A stretch of DNA of 20,000 nucleotides from Chiloscyllium plagiosum (taxonomy: Eukaryota), in contig NC_057757.1 in assembly GCF_004010195.1 (NCBI RefSeq), forward strand, positions 7,383,596 to 7,403,595, written 5' to 3'. A program made the position numbers and the translations under genes. The notes beneath the pieces are model-generated. The model ran no database searches and was not told the origin of the DNA. It saw only the letters and a list, made by a program, of their open reading frames with translations. Below, piece by piece: positions 1-10,904 of the stretch. The stretch's first letter is position 1, and each line of letters opens with the position of its first letter.

Positions 1-3000
1 CGGCATTTAGGTGATTATATTTCTCGTGTTTCTCTTGCCATGCTGTTTCCAGTGCTTTACTATCATTCTCGTACCGCACTGTGACATCTACAAACGCGAT
101 CTTCTGGTCTTTTCTAAATATGAGATCGGGCTTCCATAGGGAACCGTTTTTGGCAAATAGCCTGGGCTCCACGTACGATGTCCAGCCATACTTACTGACT
201 TGCTTCTGCAACTGGTCAGCGATCTTGTTATGGCGTTTTATTCGAGCATTTTTCACGAAAGGGCAGCATCCTGAGATGTGTGATATGGTCTCGTTTGCCA
301 TCTCACACCTTCGGCATAGTTTGGTTCGGTTTGGCCTTCCTCTAGATTGTGTGGCTCTTGTCGGGTATAGATTAAACCACGAGAGCATGCTGCTTATGAA
401 TCTAGAGGATTTTTGTTGTACTCCGGCTTTTGTCCAAGAATTAGAGATCTTGTCATCTCTAAAGTACTGGATGCCTTCCCCTTGACATTCCAGCTTTTGC
501 CATTTTTCGAATTCCCACTCCACCCAGCCAGCATACCTCGCGTTTGCCTCCTGGAGTGCAGGCATGATGCCTTGGACGGCGGTCATCGGGTCGATTTTCC
601 CTTCGCCGCTGCTGCAGTTACTGGGTTGGAAATTTTCAATTTCTTTGAGGACCTTGAGCTCGCGCAGTCCCGCAACGGTCTTTGTGTTGCTCTCACCTTT
701 ATATTGAAAGAGGCCCGAATGACCACACCACTGGACATGTCTGGTGCCTCACATTTGTGAACAATCGCGGATGGGATTTGCACCTCCAGTTTTGGGACGC
801 CTGGACCGCCGTTCCTGTTGCTAGCGTATAGCACTCCGTCTGCGATATGAGGTGGTAGGTGTAGGAATTCTTTGGTGGCGTTGCGGATTATTTGGTCCAG
901 CTTTGTGAGAGTAGCCTGTGACGCTTCTGTCAGGATCAGATGGAAGTACAATTGGGGGATGACATGTATCTTTAGGAGCTCCAGCCGTTGTCGTGGTCGG
1001 AGAGGTGCTGCCTGTATTCTTAAGCTTCTCCTCCCAGTCCCCTTCTGCCACACCTGCCCATGGATCGATCCGGGCACCCAGGTATTTCTCTGTGTCACCT
1101 GGGGGTATGTGGGCTATGGCTTCGTCCCGCAGCTTCCAGTTTGCGAAGTGATTGTACGAAAAGGTCTTCCTTTTAAAAGTGAAGTGGAATCCCTTCGTCT
1201 TCGCTGTGTTAATACTGAGGCCTGGATGGTCACAGTATTTCTGGAGCAGCTTCAGTTTCCTAGCCATACCAGTGTGTGAGTCGCTTAGAAGGGCGATGTC
1301 ATCCGCGAAGGCCAAAGTTGACTCTTCTGCCACCCAGGGGCATGGCGACCCCTGAGTTAGCCCTCTCCAGAGAGCACACCAAAGCGATGTTAAATAATAT
1401 TGGTAAGAGTGGGTCGCCCTGCTTTATGCCCCTCTCGATAGTTATTGGGTTAAGTTTCCATTCCCTTCCACCACTATTGTGTTGCCAGTGTATAAGTCTT
1501 CGATGAGACTTACAAAGGCTTTGGGCAGTTTCACTCTTTGCAAAGATTTGATCAATAGCATGTGCCCAACCGAGTCAAACGCTTTTACTAGATCGACAAA
1601 GACAACCGCGAGGCCCTTACGATTGTACTTTGCTCCCTTGATGATGTTTTCGAGGACCACAATGTTTTCATTGCATCCGGGAGTGGCTGCTAGGAATCCC
1701 TTTTGCCTGGGGTTTATCTCGACTGTTTCACTCAGGCGTTTAGCCATTGTTTTCGTGAACAGCCAGAGCAGCATTGGACCGATGGTTATTGGCCGCCAGT
1801 TAGCAATGCTTTTCAAGTGTTCCTTATCCTCGCACTTAGGAATCAGGACCGTTCGACTCTTTTTTAGTGAATCAGGGATCATGCTTGACTTTAGCCATAA
1901 GGAGAAGAGGCGGGTTAGACGGGTTTCCTCCTGCTCATGGAGTGTTCTTATGTCCTGCAGTTTCAGGCCGTCTGGTCCGGCGGCACTGTTCTCGTCTATC
2001 CCCTTGATGGCCGCTTCAAGCTCCTCTACCTCTATGGGTTTCATCAAGGACCCGTCATCGACTTTGCCAGTGTATGGGGCATACTTATTTATGTTTGATT
2101 TCTTATTTGGTGCTGACAGTTTCTCACGGAAACATGACTCCACTTCCTCTCTTGATAGAGGACAAGCAGATGAGGTCGGCGCCCCCATGATCTCGCGAGC
2201 TAGTTGACGCTGGTTGGATTTGTAAAGCTGCTGTGTTGCTCTAAATTGCGCCTTACATGCTGCCCACCATGTTTTGGCTCCGGTATTGCTGCCGGGCCTT
2301 TTGTCTTTCTGGGCCCGATCTTTCTGGGGCCTCTTGTGTTTGCCCTGTCTTTTCCTACTATTCATTAGTAGGTCGGTAATACTCTCCACTAGTCCGATTC
2401 CAAGGGCAAGCGTGTCCAGGTCATTCCTCGCGCTCAAAAGCTCCTCAGCTTGTGTAAGCTGGTCATCTACGTCCCGATGTTTAGGGATCGAAGCCGGTGT
2501 TTTTCGGCTGGCTCTTTGGCGCTGGGCTTGGTCGTCGGAATTTCCCTGGACACTCTCTGCCTCAGAATCGTGCGAGTCTATACCCGTCGTTGGCTCGCTG
2601 ATGTTCTTGACCTCCGTCGGGGTGTTTGCCAGGAGCCTGCGCTTGTCTGAGATTTGCTTTGGTGTTTTGGTTTTCAGGGTGCTAGCGATGGATTTGTTTA
2701 TAAACTTGCATCCTGAAAATCTCACCTCTAATTCCCTCAGGAGTGCCACCTCCTCCCGTGACCATACGCGGTCGCTTCTCCCAGGTTTGCCCTTGACTTT
2801 GGGTGCCGGTTTGAGACGTCTCTCGTTTCGTAGAACCGGGTGTCTGTGCCTCTCGTGTTGACCAAGGCCTGATTGTGTTGGTCACATGCGCTGCATGTAA
2901 AGTCCTCAGTTGGGGGTTGTTTCACTCCTTCGCATTTTGGGTAATGGCAGGCTATTGAGTGGTATTCTCCTGCCTTATTGCAGCGTGAACATCTTGTTCG

Positions 3001-3599
3001 GATGTTCTTTATTCCGTGCACTTTAGGCACATGGGTCTTAAACATGCTCACCGTGGGGAAGAGGGTGTTGCAGTCCTTGCAGAACAGCCCATTGACGGGA
3101 TAGTGGATGATTACCTCCGAGACAGATGTTCTGTCACATACTGGCTCGATAACAACTCCTTCCATGAAGGCAGTTGCATCATCTGTTTCCTCGCCAGTCT
3201 CATTCATAGTCTTTTTTGTGTCTGTGCCCTGCTTTATATCTCGATAACTTTTGTTGTAGAAGGTTTGGGTGGTTATGCTTATCTCAACCACAGGGTGGGC
3301 TGCCCTTACAGTGCCTTCTTCAACGTTATCTTTGTTATTCGTTACAGGGTGAGCCGGCTCCCTGAGAGGGGTGACCAGTCTCAGCTCCATGTAAGGTAGG
3401 AGGTAACGTCTCAAGGTCTGGATGAGATGGACCTTGTTGCAGGTTTTATACATGTACAACCTAATGACTTGTCACAGCTCTCGGTTGTGGACGAGGCTGC
3501 GGGGAGGTTGTTTTTCTGGGACACTTCCCAGCCGGACTGCTCCGTTGAAAATGGAAGACTCATACTGGTTTTTTGAGAGCTGGTCAGTCTAGACCACAT
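1..3599 (-). pseudogene. Disrupted R2 polyprotein ORF (ZF-Myb-RT-CCHC-RLE)
   Basis: Stitched from ORFs 2737..3459, 1442..2749 (frame open upstream to about 2878), about 1320-1450 (IERGIKQGDPLLPILFNIAL), 821..1333, 583..1098, and an unlisted frame from about 700 to 1 (..WQKLECQGEG..LCRRCEMANETISHISGCCPFVKNARIKRHNKI..WKPDLIF..VDVTVRYE..EKHEKY). Frameshifts near 2880, 1450, 1320, 1020 and 700. The start is uncertain: the first ATG after the ribozyme is at 3597-3599 and would need another shift near 3420-3460. Confidence 0.9.
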
Positions 3600-3618
3600 C
3601 CGTCTTGTACTTTTTCTG

Positions 3619-3776
3619 ATCGTTTGGTCACCCAACATCCAGGATTGCTGGGTTTACCGGCGGGGCCAGCGGGGAGGCACGACACACACTATGCGCCAAA
3701 AATACATGAAAACGTCATAGTCGGCAACTATGCCTCCTTGACCAAGGCAAGAAAGAGAGTCATAGTTACTCCCGCC
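3619..3776 (-). ncRNA. HDV-like self-cleaving ribozyme at the R2 5' end
   Basis: Manual fold of the minus strand: P1 GGCGGG(3776-3771)/CCCGCC(3664-3659); P2 GUCGU(3683-3679)/ACGAU(3623-3619); P3 GCC/GGC; L3 UCCCCGCU; P1.1 GG(3658-3657) pairing with CC in L3; P4 ACCCAGCA/UGUUGGGU; J4/2 GACCAA containing the candidate catalytic C. The elements occur in the correct nested double-pseudoknot order. Confidence 0.9.
3753..3776 (-). rRNA. 24-nt 28S rDNA fragment (R2 upstream target sequence, positions -28 to -5); not an rRNA gene
   Basis: The minus strand reads GGCGGGAGTAACTATGACTCTCTT, identical to the conserved 28S sequence preceding the AAGG/TAGC R2 insertion site. No further rDNA similarity is recognisable beyond 3776. 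Confidence 0.93.
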
Positions 3777-5584
3777 AATGATGAGGTTCCAGCTTCCTCC
3801 CTGCTATCTCTCTCTCACTCATCACTGGATATGTTTGATCACACTGCAATAACTTGTGCTCCTCACGCTGCAATATCTATCAATCAGGATCGGGGAGAAG
3901 TGTTGCCTGTGGGTGATGTGTAATTCCATCCCAGTTTTCAAGCTGGTGTCTGGTCATGGCTTTGATGTTGTCTGAACTTTGATACTGTTTTTCAACTGTG
4001 ATGACCTGTCCTAGCTTCCCCATTTGTTACAATTCCAGATTAAAGTTTTCAAGCCATTAAACTCCTGAGTGAGATGAAGTGGCTACTTTTGATTATAGGC
4101 CTCCTCCCTTCAACCTTTGCAAGGAATTTCTTTTGGAATGATCTTTTTCTCCGAGACCCAAAATGACCTGAGGATTTGAAAGGTGCGAATTTTATCAGGA
4201 TTCCTTGAATCAGCAAAAAGATTGAGGTTATTCATTACTAAATTCGAAAATGTATCATGTGATATTGCACATATGCACAGTTTAGAAATATAAAGTAGGT
4301 CTAAGGGCTGTGGTAGATAGCACGTTTTAGGAATGACCACGAGACACAGAGAATACCTCAAGATGATAAGCCTTTAGCTGCAAACAACAGCTATGGCCAT
4401 CACAGCAGATGACCCTGAAAGCCTGTGAACTGTGAGCGTACTCTAATGTTTATGCTCTTCTAAAAACCACACTCCATCCCTGTTACATTAGCATAACCAA
4501 TCGCACTAAGCCTACGTTATATCCCCTTTAAACAATCAGATTCTGCCACAATTGTCTTCTGGATTGCTCCAGACCCTCACGTTGTGCGTGGTCATCTTTA
4601 TTCACCTTTTTTCACCTGACAGGCTGTAGTCACGCAAGACTGAACCAAACATGCAACCCAGATCTTACACTTACGGAACGTCTCAACATGTATTACTTTG
4701 AAGTTATATATTCATATTTACCATTAAAACAAGACACAAGTTATAACTAAGGATAATATAGATATGGTCTGAATGCTCATGAAGGACAGGTAGTTAAATC
4801 TCATGATCCTTGCAATGGAGGTTACCAGCAGAAATGGCATTGGCAGGTGTGCTGTCGATTTTGAGATTCTTGGCTTTGGAAGTTGATTCCAATTCTTTCG
4901 CCCTGTTTCCTTTCACAAGTGGCAGACCGGCAGCACTCAGTGAGCAAAACGTCTTTTCCTGTTTTATAACTTGCAGTGCAGTGGTGTTTAAATCACAGTT
5001 TTCAGAACTGTCACCTTCGCAGTACGCACAAGTACACACACGAATATCTCAGGCCAGTAATATGCACAGAATCGTGCTGCAGCCTGTATTAAAGGCATGT
5101 TATTTTTTAATATTTCTGGAAAACTAAAACACGAAAGTTCACACGAGATGTTTCTTGGTCATATCTCTGCTTTTGTTTTAAGTTTCCCTGAAACACTTTT
5201 GCTGCAATATTCTATTGCCCTCACAAAATATTTTATTGGATAATGACTAAATGTACATGTGCAGCCACTTTTTTGTTTTTCAGTAGATTTCTTTTGAAAA
5301 GTTAACCCATCAACATGACAATGCCCAACACTGACCAAATCACAGGTCTCCATTGTCTCTCCCAAATACACGAAACTTGAGCATCCAAACATTTCTCACT
5401 GAGACTCAGGTCCTCAGACATGGCAACCCTCAAACAAACATCTGTCACCTCTAAACTGTCCATCCTTTGGGCCAGTCCCACAGCTCTTCATTCCCCTGAG
5501 AGAAATTCATAAACAAGGAACAAGAATAGCCTCTCAGCAATTCTAGCTTGATCTGCCATTCCATAAGATCATGGTTGATATTAA

Positions 5585-6870
5585 CCTCATCTCTAGTTAA
5601 GAAGATCACAATCATCCTGGTGCCAAAGAAAATTCGTGCAGCATTCCTCAACAACTACCGCCCAGTGGCTCTGACCCCTGTAATGAGGAAGTGCTTCGTG
5701 AAGTTAGTCATGGCTCACCTCAAGTCAAGCCCACAGCCTGACTTGATCTCTTGCAATTTGCCTGCCATTGCAACAGGTCCACAGCAACAGCCATTATGCT
5801 GGCCCTAACTCATCCCTGGAACACTTGGATAGCATGGATACCAACGTCAGGCTCCTACTTGACTACAGTTCCGCCTTTAACACATAATTCCAAACAAACT
5901 AATCTCCAAACTCCGAGACCTGGGTATCTACTCTACCCTTTGCAACTGGATCCTCGACTCCCCGCAATCAGTGAGAATAGGCAACAACAATTCCTTCACG
6001 ATAATCCTCAACACTCACATCCCACAAGGCTGTGCACTCAGCCCTTACTGTACTCGACTGTACACCCGGGATTGTGTGGCCATATTTCGTTCTCACTCCA
6101 TCTACAAGTTTGCTGATCACACCACAATTGTGGGCTGGATCTCAAACAATGACGAGACAGATCGCAAGAAAGGCTAGAGTGCTTGATGGTGCGGTGGAAG
6201 GATAACAATCTCTTCCACAACATGAGCAAAATTAAAGAGCTGGTCATTGAAATCAGGAATTGGGGAGGAGGACATGCTCCTCTCTACATCGGTGGTGTTG
6301 CGGTGGATATGGTCAATAGTGTCTGTTACTAAGAGTGATGCTCACCACCAATCTCTCCTGGTCCATGTTATGGTCAAGAAAGCACAACAAAGCTTCTACT
6401 TTCTCAGGAGGCAAGGGGAATTTAACGTGTTTGCAAAGATTTGCACCAACTTTTGTTGACAGCCTTCGGTCTGGATGCATCACGGTTTGGTATGGCAACC
6501 ACTCTTCCCAGGATCATAAGAAACCACAGAGAGTTTGAAGACAGCCCAGTCTATCATTAAAGCCAGCCTCCCATTCATTGACTCCATCTTTAGTTATCGC
6601 TGCCTCAATAAGGTAGCCAACACAATCCTTTCCAATTTTTCCATTGGGCAGAACATACATCAACATAACCACGTGCACCAACAGATTCAAGAACAGCTTC
6701 ATCCCCGCTGTCATCCGACGTCTGAACAGACTTCTCAAATTTTAAATTTAAATGTTGTTCTCACTCTTTCTGCACTCTGCAGCTGTGTCATTGTATTCCT
6801 CACTCTGTTCTATTCGTCTAAAGCACTTTGTATGGCATGGCATGGTCTGCCTGTCCCACACGTTCATCCT
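5585..6870 (+). mobile_element. Rex1/Babar-like LINE, 5'-truncated, degenerate RT and 3' end
   Basis: Fragmented RT motifs [54 protein letters not shown], and a tail like ACCAACAGATTCAAGAACAGCTTC. Confidence 0.85.
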
Positions 6871-6949
6871 GGAGTTCAGTTGTTAGTGGCGTACCGCATG
6901 TATTTGTTTTGGGGCCATTGCTGTTGTCATTTTTTATAAGTGACCTGGT

Positions 6950-7846
6950 TGTTTCGTAAGTTTGCGGATGATGCAAAGGTCGGGGGAGTCATGGATCATG
7001 CTGAAGAATGCTGGAGGTTACCGAGGGACATAGATAATCTGCTGAGCCGGATTGAGAGGTGGCAAATAGAATTTAAAGTGGAAAAGTGTGAGGTGATTCA
7101 CCTTGGAAGGCGCAACAGGAATAACGAGCATTGAGCTAATGGTAAGACTTTTGGTAGATGAGCAGAGAGATCTCGGTGTCCATGTACATAGATCCCTGAA
7201 AGTGACCACCAAGGTTGTTAGGGTTATGAAGAATACATTTTGTGTGTTAGCTTTTAATGGTAGAGGGATGGAATTTCGGAGCCACAAGGCCATGCTGCAG
7301 GTGTAATAAACTCTAGTGCAGCTGCACATGGAGTATTGCATGCAATTCTTGCCACCGCATTATCAGAAGGATATGGAAGCTTTGGAAAGGGTTCAGAGGA
7401 GATTTACTGGCATGTTGCCTGGTATGCAGGGAAGATCTTAAGAGGAAAGGCTGAGAGACTTGAGGTTGTTTCGTTAGAGAGAAGAGGTTTTAGAGGTGAC
7501 TTAATTGAGACATATAAGATAATCGGGGGTTAAATAGAGTGGACAATAAGAGCCTTTTTTACTCAGATGATGATAGCTCGCACGAGGGGACATGGCTTTA
7601 AATTGAGGGTTGATCAATATAGGGCAGATGTCAGAGGCAGTTTCTTAGAGAAGAGAAGGGGCATGGAATGCATTGCTTGTAACAGTAGTAGACTCGCCAA
7701 CATTAAGGACATTTAAAAGGTCATTGGATAAACATTTGGATGTTAATGGAATAGTGTACGATAGATAGTCTTCAGATTGGTTCCACAGGTGAACGCAACA
7801 TCGAAGGCTAAAGGGCCTGTACTATGCTGTAATATTCTATGTTCTA
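6950..7846 (+). mobile_element. CR1-type LINE 3' fragment
   Basis: KFADDAKVGG..WQIEFKVEKCEVIHLGR, QRDLGVHVH, SLERRGFRGDLIETYKI; ends in AAGGGCCTGT...TTCTATGTTCTA. Confidence 0.9.
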
Positions 7847-7884
7847 AAACAAATCTTTTCACTGTGCCCAGGTACATGTTCTTA

Positions 7885-8270
7885 ATTTATTTGTTTTGTG
7901 AAATGTGGATGACAGTGGCTGGGCCCAACATTTATTACCCATTCCTAGTTGTCCTTAAAAAGGTAGGGGTGAGCTCCCTTCTTGAACAATTGAAGTCCAC
8001 ATGTTGCAGGTAGACCCACAATGCTATTAAGGAGAGAATTCCAGGATTTTGACCCAGTGACAGTGAAGTAAAGGAGATATATGTCCGAGTCAGAATGGTG
8101 AGTGGCTTGAAGGGGAGCTTGCAGTGAGTGGTGTTCCCGTGTATCTGCTGGCCTTGTCCTTCTATATAGAAGTAGTCGTGGCTTTGGAAGGTGCTGTCTG
8201 AGGATCCTTGGTGAAGTTCTGCAGTGCGTCTTGTAGATAGTGCACACTGATGTTACTGAGCGTCGTTGTT
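7885..8270 (-). mobile_element. CR1-clade LINE 3' end (shares its tail with the Deu-SINE-like elements)
   Basis: Minus ORF RRSVTSVCTIYKTHC..GSKSWNSL..FKKGAH resembles a LINE ORF2 C-terminus. The tail GGGTAATAAATGTTGGGCCCAGC..CCACAT resembles the tail at 8805-8872. Confidence 0.75.
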
Positions 8271-8319
8271 TGGGGAGAGTGAAAAGTATGGAAAGGGAGA
8301 CCGTGAAACTGCTGGATTG

Positions 8320-8775
8320 ACGTGAAAAGCAAATTTGGTTCCCACTGCCCTTCAAGGTGTATATCCCGTTACCTTCCCAGTTTGGCCCATGTGTGACTCC
8401 AGAATCTCGACAAAGTGACTGACTTGTTTTCTTACTGCCCCTTCAAGCTGCAATGGAAACATTAAACAGGAATAAAACCAAATCCTCACCCGATGTCGAC
8501 CCAAATCCCAGAAACAGAGAACACTTCCCTGGCACTGCCCTCCTCACTTGTACAATCACTGGCTGAATTGGCCCATTGGATTGCTCATGCAACAGCCTGA
8601 TGTAGTCAGGCTGTCCGAATCACACCTTACAGACAATGTGCCAAGCTCCTTCATAACCCATCCTGGCAAATCCTTTAACACCAGCCTGATAAACACACCA
8701 CTGGTGGACATGGCAGTGTGTTATACAGGAGGGAGTTCACAATATTGACTCCAGATTGCATGGGGTCATAGAGTT
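8320..8775 (+). mobile_element. LINE 5' fragment: Deu-SINE-like core followed by the N-terminus of an APE endonuclease
   Basis: CATGTGTGACTCCAGA core shared with the SINEs at 8805-9155 and 10905-11270, followed by QQPDVVRLSESHLTDNVP..HPG (APE-like DxxxLxExxL motif). Confidence 0.6.
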
Positions 8776-8804
8776 TTGACAGCACGATCCACTGTATCTT
8801 TTCC

Positions 8805-9155
8805 TTTCTTCATTCAGAGGATGTGGATTTTGCCAAGGCCGGCCAGCGTTTATTGGCCATCCTTAATTGCCCGGGAACAGCTAAGATCCAATTGTATTTA
8901 TATCCGTCTGGACTCACATGTAGGTCAGACCAAGTAAGGACATCTCCTTCGCTGATGACATGGAGGACCAGATGGGGTCTTCCAACAACCAGGAACAGTT
9001 TTATGGTTACCAGAATTTTATCGGTACTTTTTTGGAAAAGATTGAATTCAGATTTCACCCTGTATCATGGTAAGATTCAGGGTTTAGTCTCTAAAATATT
9101 ACTTGATTCTCTGGAATGATAATCCAGTAACAGCACCAGAAGACAACCACCTCCC
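8805..9155 (-). mobile_element. tRNA-derived Deu-SINE-like element (SacSINE1-like)
   Basis: Minus strand: GGGGAGGTGG.. head, CCATCTGGT..CCTTACTTGGTCTGACCTACATGTGAGTCCAGAC core, GGGCAATTAAGGATGGCCAATAAA tail. Confidence 0.75.
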
Positions 9156-9169
9156 CTTCAGAATGGACT

Positions 9170-9500
9170 GATCATCAAACATCTATTCTCATCCAACTCT
9201 GCAGCATTGACCTGTAACCATGAATACCTTGTTATTTTAAATCCTCATCTAAGTCCTATTTGAATGGATTAAGGTACCCTTCTTCTACCATTCTTTTAGA
9301 CAACGAGTTCTAGATATCCACAACATTCTCAGTGAAAACAATTTTCCTCAAATCATCAAACCTTCTTTCTTTTTATCTTCAATCTGTGCCTCCAGATCAT
9401 TGATCACTTTATTGAAGGGTAACATTTCTCACTATGAACCATGGCTAGAGTTATATTGTAGATCCAAATTAGACCCCTAAGCCTACTCTACTATAACGAA
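9170..9500 (-). mobile_element. Old CR1-type LINE 3' fragment
   Basis: Minus strand GAGGAAAATTGTTTTCACTGAGAATGTTGTG..AGAACTCG resembles the 3' regions of the other CR1 copies in the window. Confidence 0.55.
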
Positions 9501-9524
9501 ATCTCGAGACTTACACAATTAATG

Positions 9525-10250
9525 TTCCGGTCCTGGGAGTGTTGTTGAGCAGAAAGACCTCAGGGTTCAGGTACATAGCCCTTTCAAAGTTGTATCACAG
9601 GTAGACAGGGTGGTAAAGAAGGTGTTTAGGAACCTTGTCTTCATGATTCAGACCATCGAGTATCGGAATTGGAATGGCATTTTGGATGTTCGTGAGCCAC
9701 TTTTGAAATACTGTGTGCTGTTCTGGTCACCCTGCTATGGGAAGGAGATTATTAAATTGGGCAAGATGCAGCAAAGGTTTATTTGGACATTACAGGGGCC
9801 ACAGGGTTTGAGCTATAATGAAAGGCTGAATAGGCGTTCACCTTTCCCCCTGGAGAGCAGAAGGGTGCGGGTGGACCCCACAGAGGTCTATGAAAAGTCA
9901 TGAGGGGGGCATAGTTAAGTTAAAGAGCAAAAGTCTTTTTCCCGAGACTGGGAGCGTTCAAACTAAAACGAACAGGTTTGAATTTAGGGAGGAGAGATTT
10001 AAAATTGAATGAGAGGGCAACTTCTTCACACAGAGGGTGGTGCATGTGTGAAATGAACTGCCAAAGAAAGGATGAGGGGCAGATCTAGTCACAACATTTA
10101 AAAGACATTTTGATAGGCACTAGAAATGGAAAGGTTTGGAGAGATGTGGGTCGATGGCAGTTAAATCTGACTAGTTTAGTTTGAGAAATATGGTCAGCAT
10201 AGAGGATTTGGACTGAAGGGTCGATTTCCATACTGTATGACTCTCTGACT
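9525..10250 (+). mobile_element. CR1-type LINE 3' fragment
   Basis: EQKDLRVQVH, PLLKYCVLFWSP, LSYNERL..LESRRVRVD..EVY; ends GGACTGAAGGG..CTGTATGACTCTCTGACT. Confidence 0.88.
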
Positions 10251-10904
10251 TAGCAAAAACGTGTCCAGCATTTCCCGTAACCTAACATTGCCACGAAGCC
10301 AGGAAATAGAGTAAAATTTGTGACGCCTTCCTTTCACACACTTAAACACAGTTGTATCTCGGTTTAGATTCAATATAAGTCCTTTAGTTCATTGACCTGG
10401 AGAATGCAAGGGTAGTTCCGCCATAGATTTCTCATATTAAATAATTTCAATCTTTAAAAATGTTTTTTTTCAATCTGTCTTTTCCTCTCAATACTTCGTT
10501 CACAGTACCTTATTTAACAAGATAGTCTCAATTTTAATGCACATTTTATGTTACACTCTCATTGACAACTGGCTGTCTTAATGAGGCTGACAAGTGTTTG
10601 TCCTATTCACAAGGGTCAGCATCTTGGTTGTCACACATAGGGTCAAGTTCAGTTCAAGTCACAATCAAAATCAATGACCAAAGCTCAGAAACCTCCACTA
10701 CGAAGCTAACTTCCGAATTCCAATCTCGCGATCACTGACTGCCACAGTGGGATCTAAACTCCTGCCTTAAAGTTGCCCTGGGCCCTTCCAATAAAATGAC
10801 ACAACATTGCCATGAATGCTTTGAAATTTTATTTTGTCGTCTCCGATTTAAAACAAGTAAACTCAGGAATATCCAATTCTTAACATCGCATTGACACGTT
10901 CTGT

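Larger units (their letters stand above)
1..3776 (-). mobile_element. R2 non-LTR retrotransposon (R2-A type, three N-terminal zinc fingers), 5'-complete, frameshifted; 3' end lies beyond the window edge
   Basis: Domain order on the minus strand: ZF1 CKDC..HVPKVH, ZF2 CSRC..HYPKC, ZF3 CSACD/..GLGQHERHRHP, Myb VWSREEVALLRELE..KTPKQISDKRR, RT (AAGPDG, WRPITI, QKGF, VDLVKAFDSV, QGDP 1410-1421, FADD 1298-1309, KYLG), CCHC CRRC..HISGCC, REL endonuclease RHN..E..KPD..VD..K..KY. The 5' end carries 28S target sequence and a ribozyme. Confidence 0.97.

Noticed and set aside
81..2861. Long plus-strand ORFs (81..485, 872..1279, 1479..2207, 2274..2861)
   Set aside because: Antisense shadows of the R2 coding sequence with no recognisable domains.
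3753..3776. An rRNA gene or rDNA unit at this locus
   Set aside because: Only 24 nt match 28S, and the flanking sequence is not rDNA.
3777..3790. Flank CCTCATCAT (minus) resembling 28S downstream CCTCGTCAT
   Set aside because: Too short, and on the wrong side of the element to be a target-site mimic.
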